Source: Bryobacteraceae bacterium
Lineage (GTDB): Bacteria > Acidobacteriota > Terriglobia > Bryobacterales > Bryobacteraceae
Length of the DNA stretch: 64,000 bases
Direction: 5' to 3'
NCBI GenBank assembly: GCA_035714175.1
Contig: DASTML010000106.1
Location: 97,045-161,044 of the forward strand
Positions 17,874 to 27,145 of this stretch are shown here, piece by piece. The notes beneath the pieces are model-generated. The model was not told the DNA's origin, searched no databases, and saw only the letters and a list, made by a program, of their open reading frames with translations. The stretch's first letter is position 1; each line of letters starts with the position of its first letter. The translations under genes were made by a program, and so were the position numbers.

Positions 17874-18962
17874 ATGCCTGTTCCGCTGCTCCTCCGCTGG
17901 CCCGACCGTGAACCCGCCCACGATGCGTTGATCGCCCAGTTGCAACCGGACCAGGTCATTGGATCCGAAACTGTGCCCGGCGCAATAACGCGCGGACTGT
18001 GGCCCGGCGTGCGAAGCCCCGCAAAGAAGGGCGATGCGGATGTGGCCAGTGCAAGCGCGGAACCGTGGGTGGACGCCAATGGATATCTGGCTGCGTATCA
18101 GCGGGCGCTGGGCCAGCCGGCGCTGTTAGCCCAAACCTACAAAGACGCCGAACGCGGCGTGCCTTTCGATACTTTGGAACTGGCGTTGATTGAGGCTCGG
18201 GTGAACGGCGGCAATTTTGCGCTTTTCGTGGAACCCCGGTATCGCGCGGCTCTCTTGGCGAAGGATCCGAAGGCAGTGGAAGCGTGGCGGTCGCTACGCA
18301 CGACGGCCGATTGGCTGCGGCGGAATGAGGCGCTGTTCGCGCGGCCCACACTGCCGGTCGTTACAGCACTGGTGGAGCCGGGCTATGCCACATCGGAGAT
18401 CGCGAATCTTTTGTATCGGCGCGGGGCTAGTCCCGCGTTGTCCGCCACGGTTCCTCCCGCAGATCCGGAACGCGTGGAATTGCTGGTGGCCGCCGGGCTG
18501 AAGGCGGTACCGGCCGAAGCCTATGCCCATGCGGCGGCAGGGGCAATCGTCGTGACGGACGCAGCGCCCTCGAAGGCCTGGAAAGTCGTGAAGGAAGATA
18601 CGGACCGGACGATCTATTCCCACGGCAAAGGACAAGTGGTGGCCTATCACAAACGCATCGCCGACCCTAGCGAGTTTGCCCTGGATTGCATTGATCTGCT
18701 CACGCATCGCCGGCGGGCGGCGCGGCTGTGGAATGCGCCGGCGGCCATTCCGCTGGCCACCACCGGCGGACGTTTGCATATTGTGCAATACGGCGCTCCG
18801 ATAGAGAATGAAGTGCAGGCCCGCATTCGCGGCGTCTATCAAAAAGCCACGCTGCTGCGTCCGGAAGCCGCGCCGCTCCCGTTAAAGGTCTATCACCGGG
18901 CAGGCACGACAGAAGCGTTCCCGCCCGCCGTCCGCCGCCTTGCTGTTATACAGTTCGAATAA
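17874..18962 (+). CDS. hypothetical protein (362 aa), no recognisable domain
   Basis: Long ORF with coding-like composition. ATG 17874 is chosen because the track start 17733 overlaps the divergent membrane-protein gene. Confidence 0.6.
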   Translation: MPVPLLLRWPDREPAHDALIAQLQPDQVIGSETVPGAITRGLWPGVRSPAKKGDADVASASAEPWVDANGYLAAYQRALGQPALLAQTYKDAERGVPFDTLELALIEARVNGGNFALFVEPRYRAALLAKDPKAVEAWRSLRTTADWLRRNEALFARPTLPVVTALVEPGYATSEIANLLYRRGASPALSATVPPADPERVELLVAAGLKAVPAEAYAHAAAGAIVVTDAAPSKAWKVVKEDTDRTIYSHGKGQVVAYHKRIADPSEFALDCIDLLTHRRRAARLWNAPAAIPLATTGGRLHIVQYGAPIENEVQARIRGVYQKATLLRPEAAPLPLKVYHRAGTTEAFPPAVRRLAVIQFE

Positions 18963-18987
18963 GCAGGATTTTCCAGGAGCCTCCGCT

Positions 18988-20253
18988 ATGAAATTGTGCC
19001 GCCGTAAGTTTCTCGCCGCTGCCGCCGCGCTCGCGCCCTATCGCCTGATCGGCGCGCCTGCCCGCGTTCCGAAAGCCCACTTCGCCGTGCATCCGTTCGT
19101 GGAGGCCAATCCGAAGGCTGTCTTCATCCGCCGTACGCATGTGCCGCACAAGATGGATGACGCCGCTAAATTGAAAGAAGGCATCGCGTTCGCGCGCGAT
19201 ATCTTCGTGCCCGCGGAAGGTCCCGGCGGCATTCCGGTATCCCACCGGGTGGTTTTGAAACCGAACTTCACTTCCGTACGCAACCAGCGTCCGCATGAAG
19301 AGAATTGGGGCACCGGCACGGACCCGCAGTTTTACGAAGGCATCATCATCGGTCTGAAAGAGTTGGGCCTGAAGAAGTTCCATTTTCTGGAGGCGAACAA
19401 CTTTCACACCTGGAACTATCGCGGGTTGGCCGATATCAACGACCGGCATGGCGTGGAGGTAAACGAACCGGACCGTCGCGCGCGGAACTTCCGCGATAGC
19501 TACGAGATGAACTGGACCAAGGTCCCCGATCCGGTGGTTTACACCCATATTCCGCACTATGCGCCCGTCAATGAGCCGGACACCTGGCTGCTGAATATCG
19601 CCAAGTGGAAGTCGCACGGCATGTGTATGACCTTATCCACCAAGAACGAGCAGGGACTGGTGGTGAAGCCGTACGTGCGCTTCTGTCCAGGTTGGCAGAT
19701 GGTGACCGGCGTTCCGGGCTTCATGAAGGAACACATTCATCCCGACGTTGAGCGGCGGGTCAACAGCTTTTTCGACCGCCATGTACGGATGGGCTATTCG
19801 CGCTACCAGAGCAAGGATTCCCTGAGCCCGGTGCACCAGGAGATCTGGGCGCATAAGACCTGTGACAACACGCAGACGCTGCGCACGGGACTCTCGATCA
19901 TCGAAGGCATCTACGGCCGCGACGGAGACGGCTTCGGCGTGGGTAATGACCATCTGACGAATCTGGTGATGTTCAGCAAAGACAAGCTCCGGCTCGACAT
20001 GATCGGCATGTACCTGGGCGGGCACGAACCGGGCAATGTGAACCTATTCCGCATTGCGAAGGAACGTGGACTGCTGGATACGTTCAACCCGCACGAAGTA
20101 GAGGTGTACGCATGGGAAGACGGCAAACCGGTACGCCGGCAGTTGGCCAGTTTCCAACGTACGCCGCTGCCAACGTACTATCTCAAGAACGACAATGAGC
20201 CCAAATATCACCTGGTAAACGAAGCGTTCGACTACGATAAGGTGCGCGCCTAG
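18988..20253 (+). CDS. Tat-signal DUF362-like protein
   Basis: AGGAG lies 8 nt upstream of ATG 18988. Twin-arginine signal MKLCRRKFLAAAAALAPYRLIGAPA. VVLKPNFTS and KSHGMCMTLSTKNEQG resemble the DUF362 core. Confidence 0.7.
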   Translation: MKLCRRKFLAAAAALAPYRLIGAPARVPKAHFAVHPFVEANPKAVFIRRTHVPHKMDDAAKLKEGIAFARDIFVPAEGPGGIPVSHRVVLKPNFTSVRNQRPHEENWGTGTDPQFYEGIIIGLKELGLKKFHFLEANNFHTWNYRGLADINDRHGVEVNEPDRRARNFRDSYEMNWTKVPDPVVYTHIPHYAPVNEPDTWLLNIAKWKSHGMCMTLSTKNEQGLVVKPYVRFCPGWQMVTGVPGFMKEHIHPDVERRVNSFFDRHVRMGYSRYQSKDSLSPVHQEIWAHKTCDNTQTLRTGLSIIEGIYGRDGDGFGVGNDHLTNLVMFSKDKLRLDMIGMYLGGHEPGNVNLFRIAKERGLLDTFNPHEVEVYAWEDGKPVRRQLASFQRTPLPTYYLKNDNEPKYHLVNEAFDYDKVRA

Positions 20254-20305
20254 CACGGATGGGCTGTGTTTACCGTACAATCAGTCCACACAGCCAGCCC
20301 GTCAT

Positions 20306-22387
20306 ATGCCGCTTCTTCTCTTGCTCGTCCTGTGCGCCTCTTTGCCCGGATTCGGCGCTCCCGGCTTTCAGATCACAACGCTTTCCAACCGGCCCGACAA
20401 AATCTCCGGCGGCGACGCGCTGGTGCGGATTGAGATCCCCGAGACATCCCCCATCACCGGATTGTCCGTCCGGCGCAATGGCCAGGACATCACCAGCAGC
20501 TTCCGGGCGGATACGGCGCAACGAACGCTGACGGGCCTCGTGCGCGGGTTACGGCAGGGGCAAAATATGCTGGAGGTGTTTACAGGTCCCGGCGCAACGC
20601 CGGCCGCCCAGCTGTCTGTCATCAACTATCCGGCGACAGGTCCGATTTTTTCCGGGCCGCAGGAACAGCCATTTCTCTGCCAGACCCAATCCTTCCGCCT
20701 GCCGGACGGTACGCCGCTAGGCGCTCCTATCGACGCCGATTGCAGCGTACGCACGGTGACCACTTATGTCTACAAAGCCGAGGGCGGAGTAATCAAGCCG
20801 CTTCCCGCCGGTTCTCCCCGGCCCGCCGACGCACGGTGGACCACCACAACCAATGGGCAGCGCGTACCCTACATCGTTCGTGTGGAGACCGGCACGCTGA
20901 ACCGGAGCATCTACCAGACAGCCATTTTGCATGACCCGACCTCGGACGCCGTGGCGGGACCACTGGCGCCGCCGCGCGCGTGGAACCGGCGGTTGTTGTA
21001 CACCTTCGGCGGCGGCTGCACGGGCGGGTGGTTCCGGCAGGGCGCCGGATTCAACTCCATCCTGAACGATGACATCGTGGGCCGCGGCTACGCGGAGGCG
21101 GCCGCCACTTTGAATGTCTTCGGCAATAACTGTCAGGACGTGGTGGCGGCGGAAACGATGATGATGGTGAAGGAACGGTTTGTCGAGAGCTACGGAGTGC
21201 CGTTGTTCACTTTCGGGCGCGGCGGATCGGGCGGCTCCTATCAGCAGATACAGATTGCGGACGGGTACCCCGGTCTACTGGACGGCATCATCCCGTCATC
21301 CACGTTCCCCGATGTGCTGGCCACCACACAGTTCCTGGTGGACGCACAGTTGCTGGATAACTATTTCAACAGCGACGGCCGGTCGCTGACAGAGGATCAG
21401 AAGCGCGCGATCGCCGGCGTTGGGACACTGAAAAACATCTATGGTCCTTCGTCCGGCGCGGGCCGCATCAATCCCACCGTCTTTTGCCCGCCGGAGTTGC
21501 CGCAAGAGTTGCGTTACCATCCCCTTCTCCACCGGGCGGGGGCCCGATGCGATATTTTTGACCACACCGTGAACGTCTATGGACGGGATCCGGCCACGGG
21601 CTTTGCCCGCCGGGCCATCGATAACACCGGCGTTCAGTACGGCCTGGATGCATTGAACAGCGGCGTCATTACGCCGGCCCAATTTTTGGACCTGAACGAG
21701 AAGATCGGAGGCTATGACAACGACGGCAACCCAGTGGCGGCACGGGCAACCGCCGATCCACAGGCGTTGCGCGCCGCCTACCAGACGGGCCGCGTCACCT
21801 ACGGCGGCAACGGGCTTTCGCGCGTTCCCATCATCGATTTTCGCGGCTACACCGACCTGCTGGAGAACGGCGACGTTCACCAGAAATACCACTCCTTCTC
21901 CTTCCGCGAACGGCTGCGCGCCGCCAACGGGTCCGTCACCAATACCGTCATGCTCGTCACTAACCGGCATGCCCCGAAAGTGCAGGCCTACGCAATCGCA
22001 AAGATGGACGAATGGCTCACCAACCTCTCTCGCGATACCTCGGGCGCGCCAACCCCGGACCGCATTCTCCGGGCGAAGCCGGCAGATCTGGCGGATTCCT
22101 GTTTTCCTACGGACGACGTCCGCATTGCGGAGCCGCAGACGTTTACCGGCGGAGAGTGCAACAAGCAGTTCCCTGCATTTTCTTCCCCACGGCTGTCGGC
22201 CGGAGGACCATTGGCCGGCAATGTACTGAAGTGCCAGTTAAAGCCCGTGCAGATGGGCGAATACGCCGTGAAGTTCAACGAAGCCGAAAGAACCCGGCTG
22301 CGGACGCTGTTCCCTGGCGGGGTATGCGACTGGAAGAAGCCCGGCGTGGAGCAGCAACGGCCCGTTGGCGTCTGGCTGCAGTACTAA
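20306..22387 (+). CDS. secreted alpha/beta-hydrolase-like protein (DUF6351 / tannase-feruloyl-esterase-like)
   Basis: Signal peptide MPLLLLLVLCASLPGFGAP. FGRGGSGGSYQQ contains a GxSxG nucleophile-elbow pattern. The C-terminal LFPGGVCDWKKPGVEQQ tail is as I remember for the DUF6351 family. Confidence 0.7.
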   Translation: MPLLLLLVLCASLPGFGAPGFQITTLSNRPDKISGGDALVRIEIPETSPITGLSVRRNGQDITSSFRADTAQRTLTGLVRGLRQGQNMLEVFTGPGATPAAQLSVINYPATGPIFSGPQEQPFLCQTQSFRLPDGTPLGAPIDADCSVRTVTTYVYKAEGGVIKPLPAGSPRPADARWTTTTNGQRVPYIVRVETGTLNRSIYQTAILHDPTSDAVAGPLAPPRAWNRRLLYTFGGGCTGGWFRQGAGFNSILNDDIVGRGYAEAAATLNVFGNNCQDVVAAETMMMVKERFVESYGVPLFTFGRGGSGGSYQQIQIADGYPGLLDGIIPSSTFPDVLATTQFLVDAQLLDNYFNSDGRSLTEDQKRAIAGVGTLKNIYGPSSGAGRINPTVFCPPELPQELRYHPLLHRAGARCDIFDHTVNVYGRDPATGFARRAIDNTGVQYGLDALNSGVITPAQFLDLNEKIGGYDNDGNPVAARATADPQALRAAYQTGRVTYGGNGLSRVPIIDFRGYTDLLENGDVHQKYHSFSFRERLRAANGSVTNTVMLVTNRHAPKVQAYAIAKMDEWLTNLSRDTSGAPTPDRILRAKPADLADSCFPTDDVRIAEPQTFTGGECNKQFPAFSSPRLSAGGPLAGNVLKCQLKPVQMGEYAVKFNEAERTRLRTLFPGGVCDWKKPGVEQQRPVGVWLQY

Positions 22388-22881
22388 CGCAAAGCTCCTT
22401 TGCGAATCCACACGACGATCCGGCAAGGATCGCCATTGCCGGCTGTCGCCTCGACACAGGTATGATCCACGGTGACTAACAGCCTGCCGGACATGGCCTC
22501 CCCCCGGCTGCGATTCTGAATGGCCACCGCAATGCCAGGCGGCACCGCCATGTTGAGCTTTTTGAAGATTGCGTTCGAGGTTGTGACCATCTGCGCCTTA
22601 ATCTCCGAGCTCTCTTCCCGGCGGGGATAGCGGCCTTCAATTAAGACTTCGTCGAGCGAATTGGGATCCCGCGGCGAGGAATGCGCCGTGATGAGAATCG
22701 GGCCCGGAGCAGCCCGGCAGACAAAACCGCCCCCGCTTCGCGGGGCGCCTTCCGTCTCTCCAAATTCGCGAATGATGTTGCAGACGCCCTGGACTCCCTC
22801 TTCATTGGCCGACAGCGTGCCTTGGCAGCCCGCGAGCGGCAAGAGTCCTACTGCCAGGACGGCCGCCGTCATGTTTTTCAT
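22384..22881 (-). CDS. lipoprotein, unknown function
   Basis: MKNMTAAVLAVGLLPLAGCQG contains the lipobox LAGC. Alternative upstream ATGs lie at 22905 and 22962. Its stop overlaps the stop of the convergent gene (22384-22387). Confidence 0.6.
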   Translation of the reverse strand: MKNMTAAVLAVGLLPLAGCQGTLSANEEGVQGVCNIIREFGETEGAPRSGGGFVCRAAPGPILITAHSSPRDPNSLDEVLIEGRYPRREESSEIKAQMVTTSNAIFKKLNMAVPPGIAVAIQNRSRGEAMSGRLLVTVDHTCVEATAGNGDPCRIVVWIRKGALR

Positions 22882-23128
22882 CAACTGGTGTGGGGGTTTC
22901 GACATGCAGACATACATTCGCCGTTCGATCCATTGGACCGGGTACGAACACCGGACAAACAATGAAGTCCCCCGCTATGCGGTCAAGTGACGAGGGCCCT
23001 GGTACTTGGGGAGGAAGAGTTTGTATGAAAATAATCGCATACTTGGCAGGGCGGTTGATATGAGGTTGATTACTGAGTATCGAACGGTCTAAATCGTCTT
23101 ACCTCACTACTTATCATATGAGTATCTC

Positions 23129-24367
23129 TCAGGCTTTTATGTCATAACACCACAGACAGCCCAGATCCCGAATATACAAGCGCCCATTCGCCACTACCGG
23201 ATACGTCCAGGCTCGCTCGCGGGAGTCACGCCTACGGGGAGGATCGGGCGGCGTAAACCGCCCAAGCTCCCGAAATTCCGTTGGATTTGCCTCCACAAGC
23301 ACCATCTCCCCACTTTCCACTCTGAAATAGAGCCTTCCTTCGGCATGCAATACGGCGGCCGGGCCGAACGCAGTGGATTGCCAGTGGATTTTGCCTGTGG
23401 CAAACTCAGCCGCAACCGGGCCTTGCGGATTTGTTCCGTAGAGTATATTTCCTACTAATACCTGGCCGCCCAAGGTATTCGGCATGTCGCGTTCCAGATA
23501 TACCTGCTCCGCGGATATGCCGCCGCCAGACGCGGAGAGCCGGACCAGGCTGCCGTTGAACCGCCGCGCGTTGGAACTATAGACGTAGTTGTCCTTGGCT
23601 ATAGGCGAGGCGATGTTGGCCGGGCCGCCGGCCGTTTGGGAGTAGCGCCACAGAAATACGCCCGTGGCCGCGTCAACGCCTACCACGCCCTTGTCCAGGA
23701 ATTGCACGTACTGACGGCGGCCGGCCGCGCCGGACGTGATGGCGGAACTGTAGGCCGACTTGTCGCCTCCCGGAACAGCCGACTTCCAAATTACGGCGCC
23801 TGTCTTTTTGTGCAGAGCAACGAGGGTAGCCTCCCGGCCGCCGGGGGTCACAATCAGCGAATCGCCGTCGATCAATGGCGATTCGGCGTATCCCCAGGTA
23901 CCCGGCGTCCCGCCAAATTCCTGGCGCACATTCTTACGCCACACTACCTCGCCGGCCTCTGCGCGCAGGCAAGCCAGGTCGCCATCTGAAGACAAGACGA
24001 ACAGGTAGTTGCCGTCCAGGGTGGGAGTGGAACGCGCCATGGGGTATGGAGGCTGCTGATCCGGGTTGCCGACGCTGCCCAGATGGGTGCTCCACAGTGG
24101 CTCTCCATTTTGTACGGAGAGAGATTGAACGAACTCGTCATCCAGGCCGTGGTTGCTGACAGCGTAGAGGGCGCCGCCGGCAACGGCGACCGATCCATAT
24201 CCGTCGCCAATGTCGGGGAGCCGCCAGAGCAACTTGGGGCCTCCCTTGGGCCATTGCCGCAGCAGGCCTGTCTCCGTGGAGAGGCCGTTCCGGCCAGGAC
24301 CGCGAAACTGGGGCCAGTCCGCGGAGAGACTTGCCACGGAAACTGCTACGAAGAGCCGTCGGCGCAT
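23129..24367 (-). CDS. secreted PQQ-like beta-propeller repeat protein (BamB-like fold)
   Basis: Signal peptide, then ADWPQFRGPGRNG and repeated ..G.LYA.. / ..G..VW.. blades. Paralogous to 53200-54597. Confidence 0.85.
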   Translation of the reverse strand: MRRRLFVAVSVASLSADWPQFRGPGRNGLSTETGLLRQWPKGGPKLLWRLPDIGDGYGSVAVAGGALYAVSNHGLDDEFVQSLSVQNGEPLWSTHLGSVGNPDQQPPYPMARSTPTLDGNYLFVLSSDGDLACLRAEAGEVVWRKNVRQEFGGTPGTWGYAESPLIDGDSLIVTPGGREATLVALHKKTGAVIWKSAVPGGDKSAYSSAITSGAAGRRQYVQFLDKGVVGVDAATGVFLWRYSQTAGGPANIASPIAKDNYVYSSNARRFNGSLVRLSASGGGISAEQVYLERDMPNTLGGQVLVGNILYGTNPQGPVAAEFATGKIHWQSTAFGPAAVLHAEGRLYFRVESGEMVLVEANPTEFRELGRFTPPDPPRRRDSRERAWTYPVVANGRLYIRDLGCLWCYDIKA

Positions 24368-24375
24368 AGTAAATG

Positions 24376-26046
24376 CTACTGCTTTGGATCCTGCCGGGCA
24401 TAGGGGATGCGGCCCGTGCGGGAAACGGCCGGCTGGCGCTTCTCCCGGATGCGCAGCAGGGCCTTCTGCTGCACATCGAGTCCCTGCGTAAATACGGCGC
24501 CTTCCTCCAGCAACACCTTCTGCAACTCGTCAATCGGGATCTTCTGTACGCCCGTGCCGTGCCGGAACGCTAGGGCCGCGGCCACCCCGGCGGCTTGTCC
24601 GAGGATCATATATTGCGGCTCCATACGGAGGCTGGAATACGCCACGTGGCTAGCCGAAAAACAGACCGGAACCAGAACATTTTCGGCTTCGGAGGCATTG
24701 GGTGTCAGAATCCGATAGGGAATCTGATAGGGCTGTACGGGCACCTCCACGTTGCCTTCGTTCAGCACGAAGCCTTCCGGAGAAACGTGGCGCTGGACGT
24801 TGTGGGAGTCCGAATTGTAGCTGCCCATACCGATGACATCCGCTTTCGTCCGTTCCGTTTGCAGGTCCTTCTGCGTGGCGACAAATGCGCCCAGCATGCG
24901 GCGGCCTTCCCGTACATAGAGTTGGTGCGGCCAATGCGCCGTATCAGTGAATTCGTCCTTGGCAAGACCCCATTCCCGCGCCTCATTCCGCAGTGCGGCG
25001 GGCACGCGCGGATCATTGGCCAGGAAATAGTAGAAGCCCTGTTGGTATTCGACGTGATCCTGCCAGATTCGGGCGCGCTCCGCATAGCTGCCGTCCGGAT
25101 AGCCATAATTTTTGCCGATGTAGTCGGTGGAGAATCCGCCGCGGTTATTGAAGTCCGCTTTTCCGTTCGGGATCACGCGGATGAGGCCCGCCTCGTTGAG
25201 CGTGAGGGCGCGCCCCATGTAGGTATACATCGCCTGCAGGTATCTGGCGAGAAGTTCATAGCGGGCCGGTTGGTAGCCGGGTGGTTTGGGCCAGGGGACG
25301 CGGTTGGCTGGTACGTTGGTCGCGATGACGCGAAAGTTGTACGCCTGAATCCGCTTGTCGCCTGACCCGGGCTCGCCCCGCGGCTCGACCGACACCTCAG
25401 GCAACCATCTTCCGGCCTCATCCTTCGCCGGAATATCGACAGCAAAATTATGATTGCGCGTGTGTGCCAGGACACCGGCCAACGATTCGCCATAGTCCTT
25501 CACGCCTTCCCGTCCCAACGTATAGCGGATGCCGGCCTGCGCCATCAAGTCGCCTTCGTAGCTGCAATCGGCGAAGACAGAACCAGAAAACCGCGCGCCA
25601 TTCTCCGTCAGAACTCCCGTAACGCGGTTACCCTGTTTCGTGACGCCGCCTTTCTCCCGCAGACGATGACCGTAGAGGACAGTCACGTTCGCCCCGGCAA
25701 GCATTTCACGGAAAATCTGCTCCGCCACTTTGGGTTCCGGCATCCAGGCAAGTTGTTGCAGATGACGGTCCAATTGATAATGCCGGCCGGCGCGCCAGTA
25801 GAACTCCAGCGCCATTCCGCCAATCACCTCACTCCTACCCACATCGGTTCCCGACAAACCGCCCGACACCATGCCGCCCACATGCTGTCCCGGTTCGAGC
25901 AACACGGTGGACAGCCCTTGCCGGGCGCCGGACACCGCGGTGGCCACGCCGGCGGCCGTGCCCCCGTACACCACAAGGTCGTACCCCCAACCCGTCCGCG
26001 CCAGCAGGGTCAACAAAACGATCCACTTGCCCATTCCGCTCCTCAC
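24376..26046 (-). CDS. FAD-dependent oxidoreductase (FAD_oxidored-type) with an N-terminal hydrophobic leader
   Basis: YDLVVYGGTAAGVATAVSGARQG is a dinucleotide-binding motif, preceded by MRSGMGKWIVLLTLLARTGWG. The start overlaps the formamidase stop by 4 nt. Confidence 0.85.
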   Translation of the reverse strand: MRSGMGKWIVLLTLLARTGWGYDLVVYGGTAAGVATAVSGARQGLSTVLLEPGQHVGGMVSGGLSGTDVGRSEVIGGMALEFYWRAGRHYQLDRHLQQLAWMPEPKVAEQIFREMLAGANVTVLYGHRLREKGGVTKQGNRVTGVLTENGARFSGSVFADCSYEGDLMAQAGIRYTLGREGVKDYGESLAGVLAHTRNHNFAVDIPAKDEAGRWLPEVSVEPRGEPGSGDKRIQAYNFRVIATNVPANRVPWPKPPGYQPARYELLARYLQAMYTYMGRALTLNEAGLIRVIPNGKADFNNRGGFSTDYIGKNYGYPDGSYAERARIWQDHVEYQQGFYYFLANDPRVPAALRNEAREWGLAKDEFTDTAHWPHQLYVREGRRMLGAFVATQKDLQTERTKADVIGMGSYNSDSHNVQRHVSPEGFVLNEGNVEVPVQPYQIPYRILTPNASEAENVLVPVCFSASHVAYSSLRMEPQYMILGQAAGVAAALAFRHGTGVQKIPIDELQKVLLEEGAVFTQGLDVQQKALLRIREKRQPAVSRTGRIPYARQDPKQ

Positions 26047-27026
26047 CGTTTTCGCAACGCCGAACGCGGTATGACCAAGGCCATGGAACCCCGCGCCGTT
26101 ACCACTTCATACTTTCCCTGAAAGGCTATCAACAAATGCGCCGCCCACTCTTCTAATCCGAAATCAGCCATCAGGTACTGCACCATGTCCGTCGTCGCCA
26201 TCTCCAGCGCCCGATCCAGGGAGCTTTGAAATTCGGGCTGAGAACCGATGCTGATCACCGCTTCCGGCGTTTCCACGCGCGGCCCAGTTAACTTGGCGGC
26301 CTTGCGGACGGTGACCGAGAATTCTACGTCCATGGATGTTTCCACGCCATTGCCCGTCGGCTCTCCGTCGCCTTGCAGCGCGTGGCCATCCCCCAGGAAC
26401 AGCAGCGCGCCCGGATGATAGACCGGCAGGATCACTGTCGCTCCCTCGCCTATCCGGTTATAGTCCAGATTGCCTCCATAGGAACCGGACGGGCTCGAAG
26501 TAGGCGCCCAGTCCCCCGGCGCGGCCACCCCGACACAACCGAGCATGGGCTTCGCGGGAAACTCCATCGAAATCGCCTTGCTTCCGGGCTCACGCAGACG
26601 GACCAAACCCTTCTCCCGGTCCAGATCCCACGGCACGTAGTGAGCGTACCCCTTGCGGACGATATCCCGCTTGTAGACAGGCGGATAGGTTTTCTCGATA
26701 TACTCCGGCGTCATGGCAAAGAGTCCAAGCCGGTAGCTGGAATAACCCCAGTCGCGATTGAGGCGCATCTTGTGAAACCGGATAACCACGGCGTCTCCCG
26801 GCTCAGCGCCTTCGATATAGAAGGGGCCAGTCAGCGGATTGGGACCGTCTGACTGTTCCTTGCCTTCCCAATCCTTGCCGCTGGAGTCCAGGGTTTTCGC
26901 CGCCACGACTTCTCCCTGTCGCACGCGCTGTTTTACCGGGTGCTTGTTGTAGAACGTGCGGTAGTACGGTTCCGCCTGTAAGGCGCCAATCAGAAGGAAA
27001 ACGAGGAACGCGAGTGCCTTTTGCAT
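26043..27026 (-). CDS. acetamidase/formamidase family amidase with a signal peptide
   Basis: MQKALAFLVFLLIGALQA signal. GGNLDYNRIGEGATVILPVYHPGALLFLGDGHALQGDGE is the FmdA/AmdA signature. Confidence 0.85.
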   Translation of the reverse strand: MQKALAFLVFLLIGALQAEPYYRTFYNKHPVKQRVRQGEVVAAKTLDSSGKDWEGKEQSDGPNPLTGPFYIEGAEPGDAVVIRFHKMRLNRDWGYSSYRLGLFAMTPEYIEKTYPPVYKRDIVRKGYAHYVPWDLDREKGLVRLREPGSKAISMEFPAKPMLGCVGVAAPGDWAPTSSPSGSYGGNLDYNRIGEGATVILPVYHPGALLFLGDGHALQGDGEPTGNGVETSMDVEFSVTVRKAAKLTGPRVETPEAVISIGSQPEFQSSLDRALEMATTDMVQYLMADFGLEEWAAHLLIAFQGKYEVVTARGSMALVIPRSALRKR

Positions 27027-27075
27027 ACCGGGAGTATAGCCCCAGGGTTACCTTCAATTTTTCTTTAATTTCTTA

Positions 27076-27105
27076 TTGACACTCATTTGCATCTATAGGT
27101 ATTCT
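27076..27105 (+). promoter_or_regulatory. candidate sigma70-like promoter of the TonB-receptor operon
   Basis: TTGACA (27076-27081), an 18-nt spacer, then TATTCT (27100-27105), inside an AT-rich divergent intergenic region. Confidence 0.25.
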
Positions 27106-27121
27106 AGGACTCAATCGGTCG

Positions 27122-27133
27122 CATATTCATATT
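27122..27133 (+). repeat. tandem CATATT CATATT hexamers (weak Fur-box-like element)
   Basis: The direct repeat is seen at 27122-27127 and 27128-27133, just upstream of the receptor start. The match to the GATAAT-type Fur hexamer is only partial. Confidence 0.2.
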
Positions 27134-27145
27134 TTCGTGTTCGTA

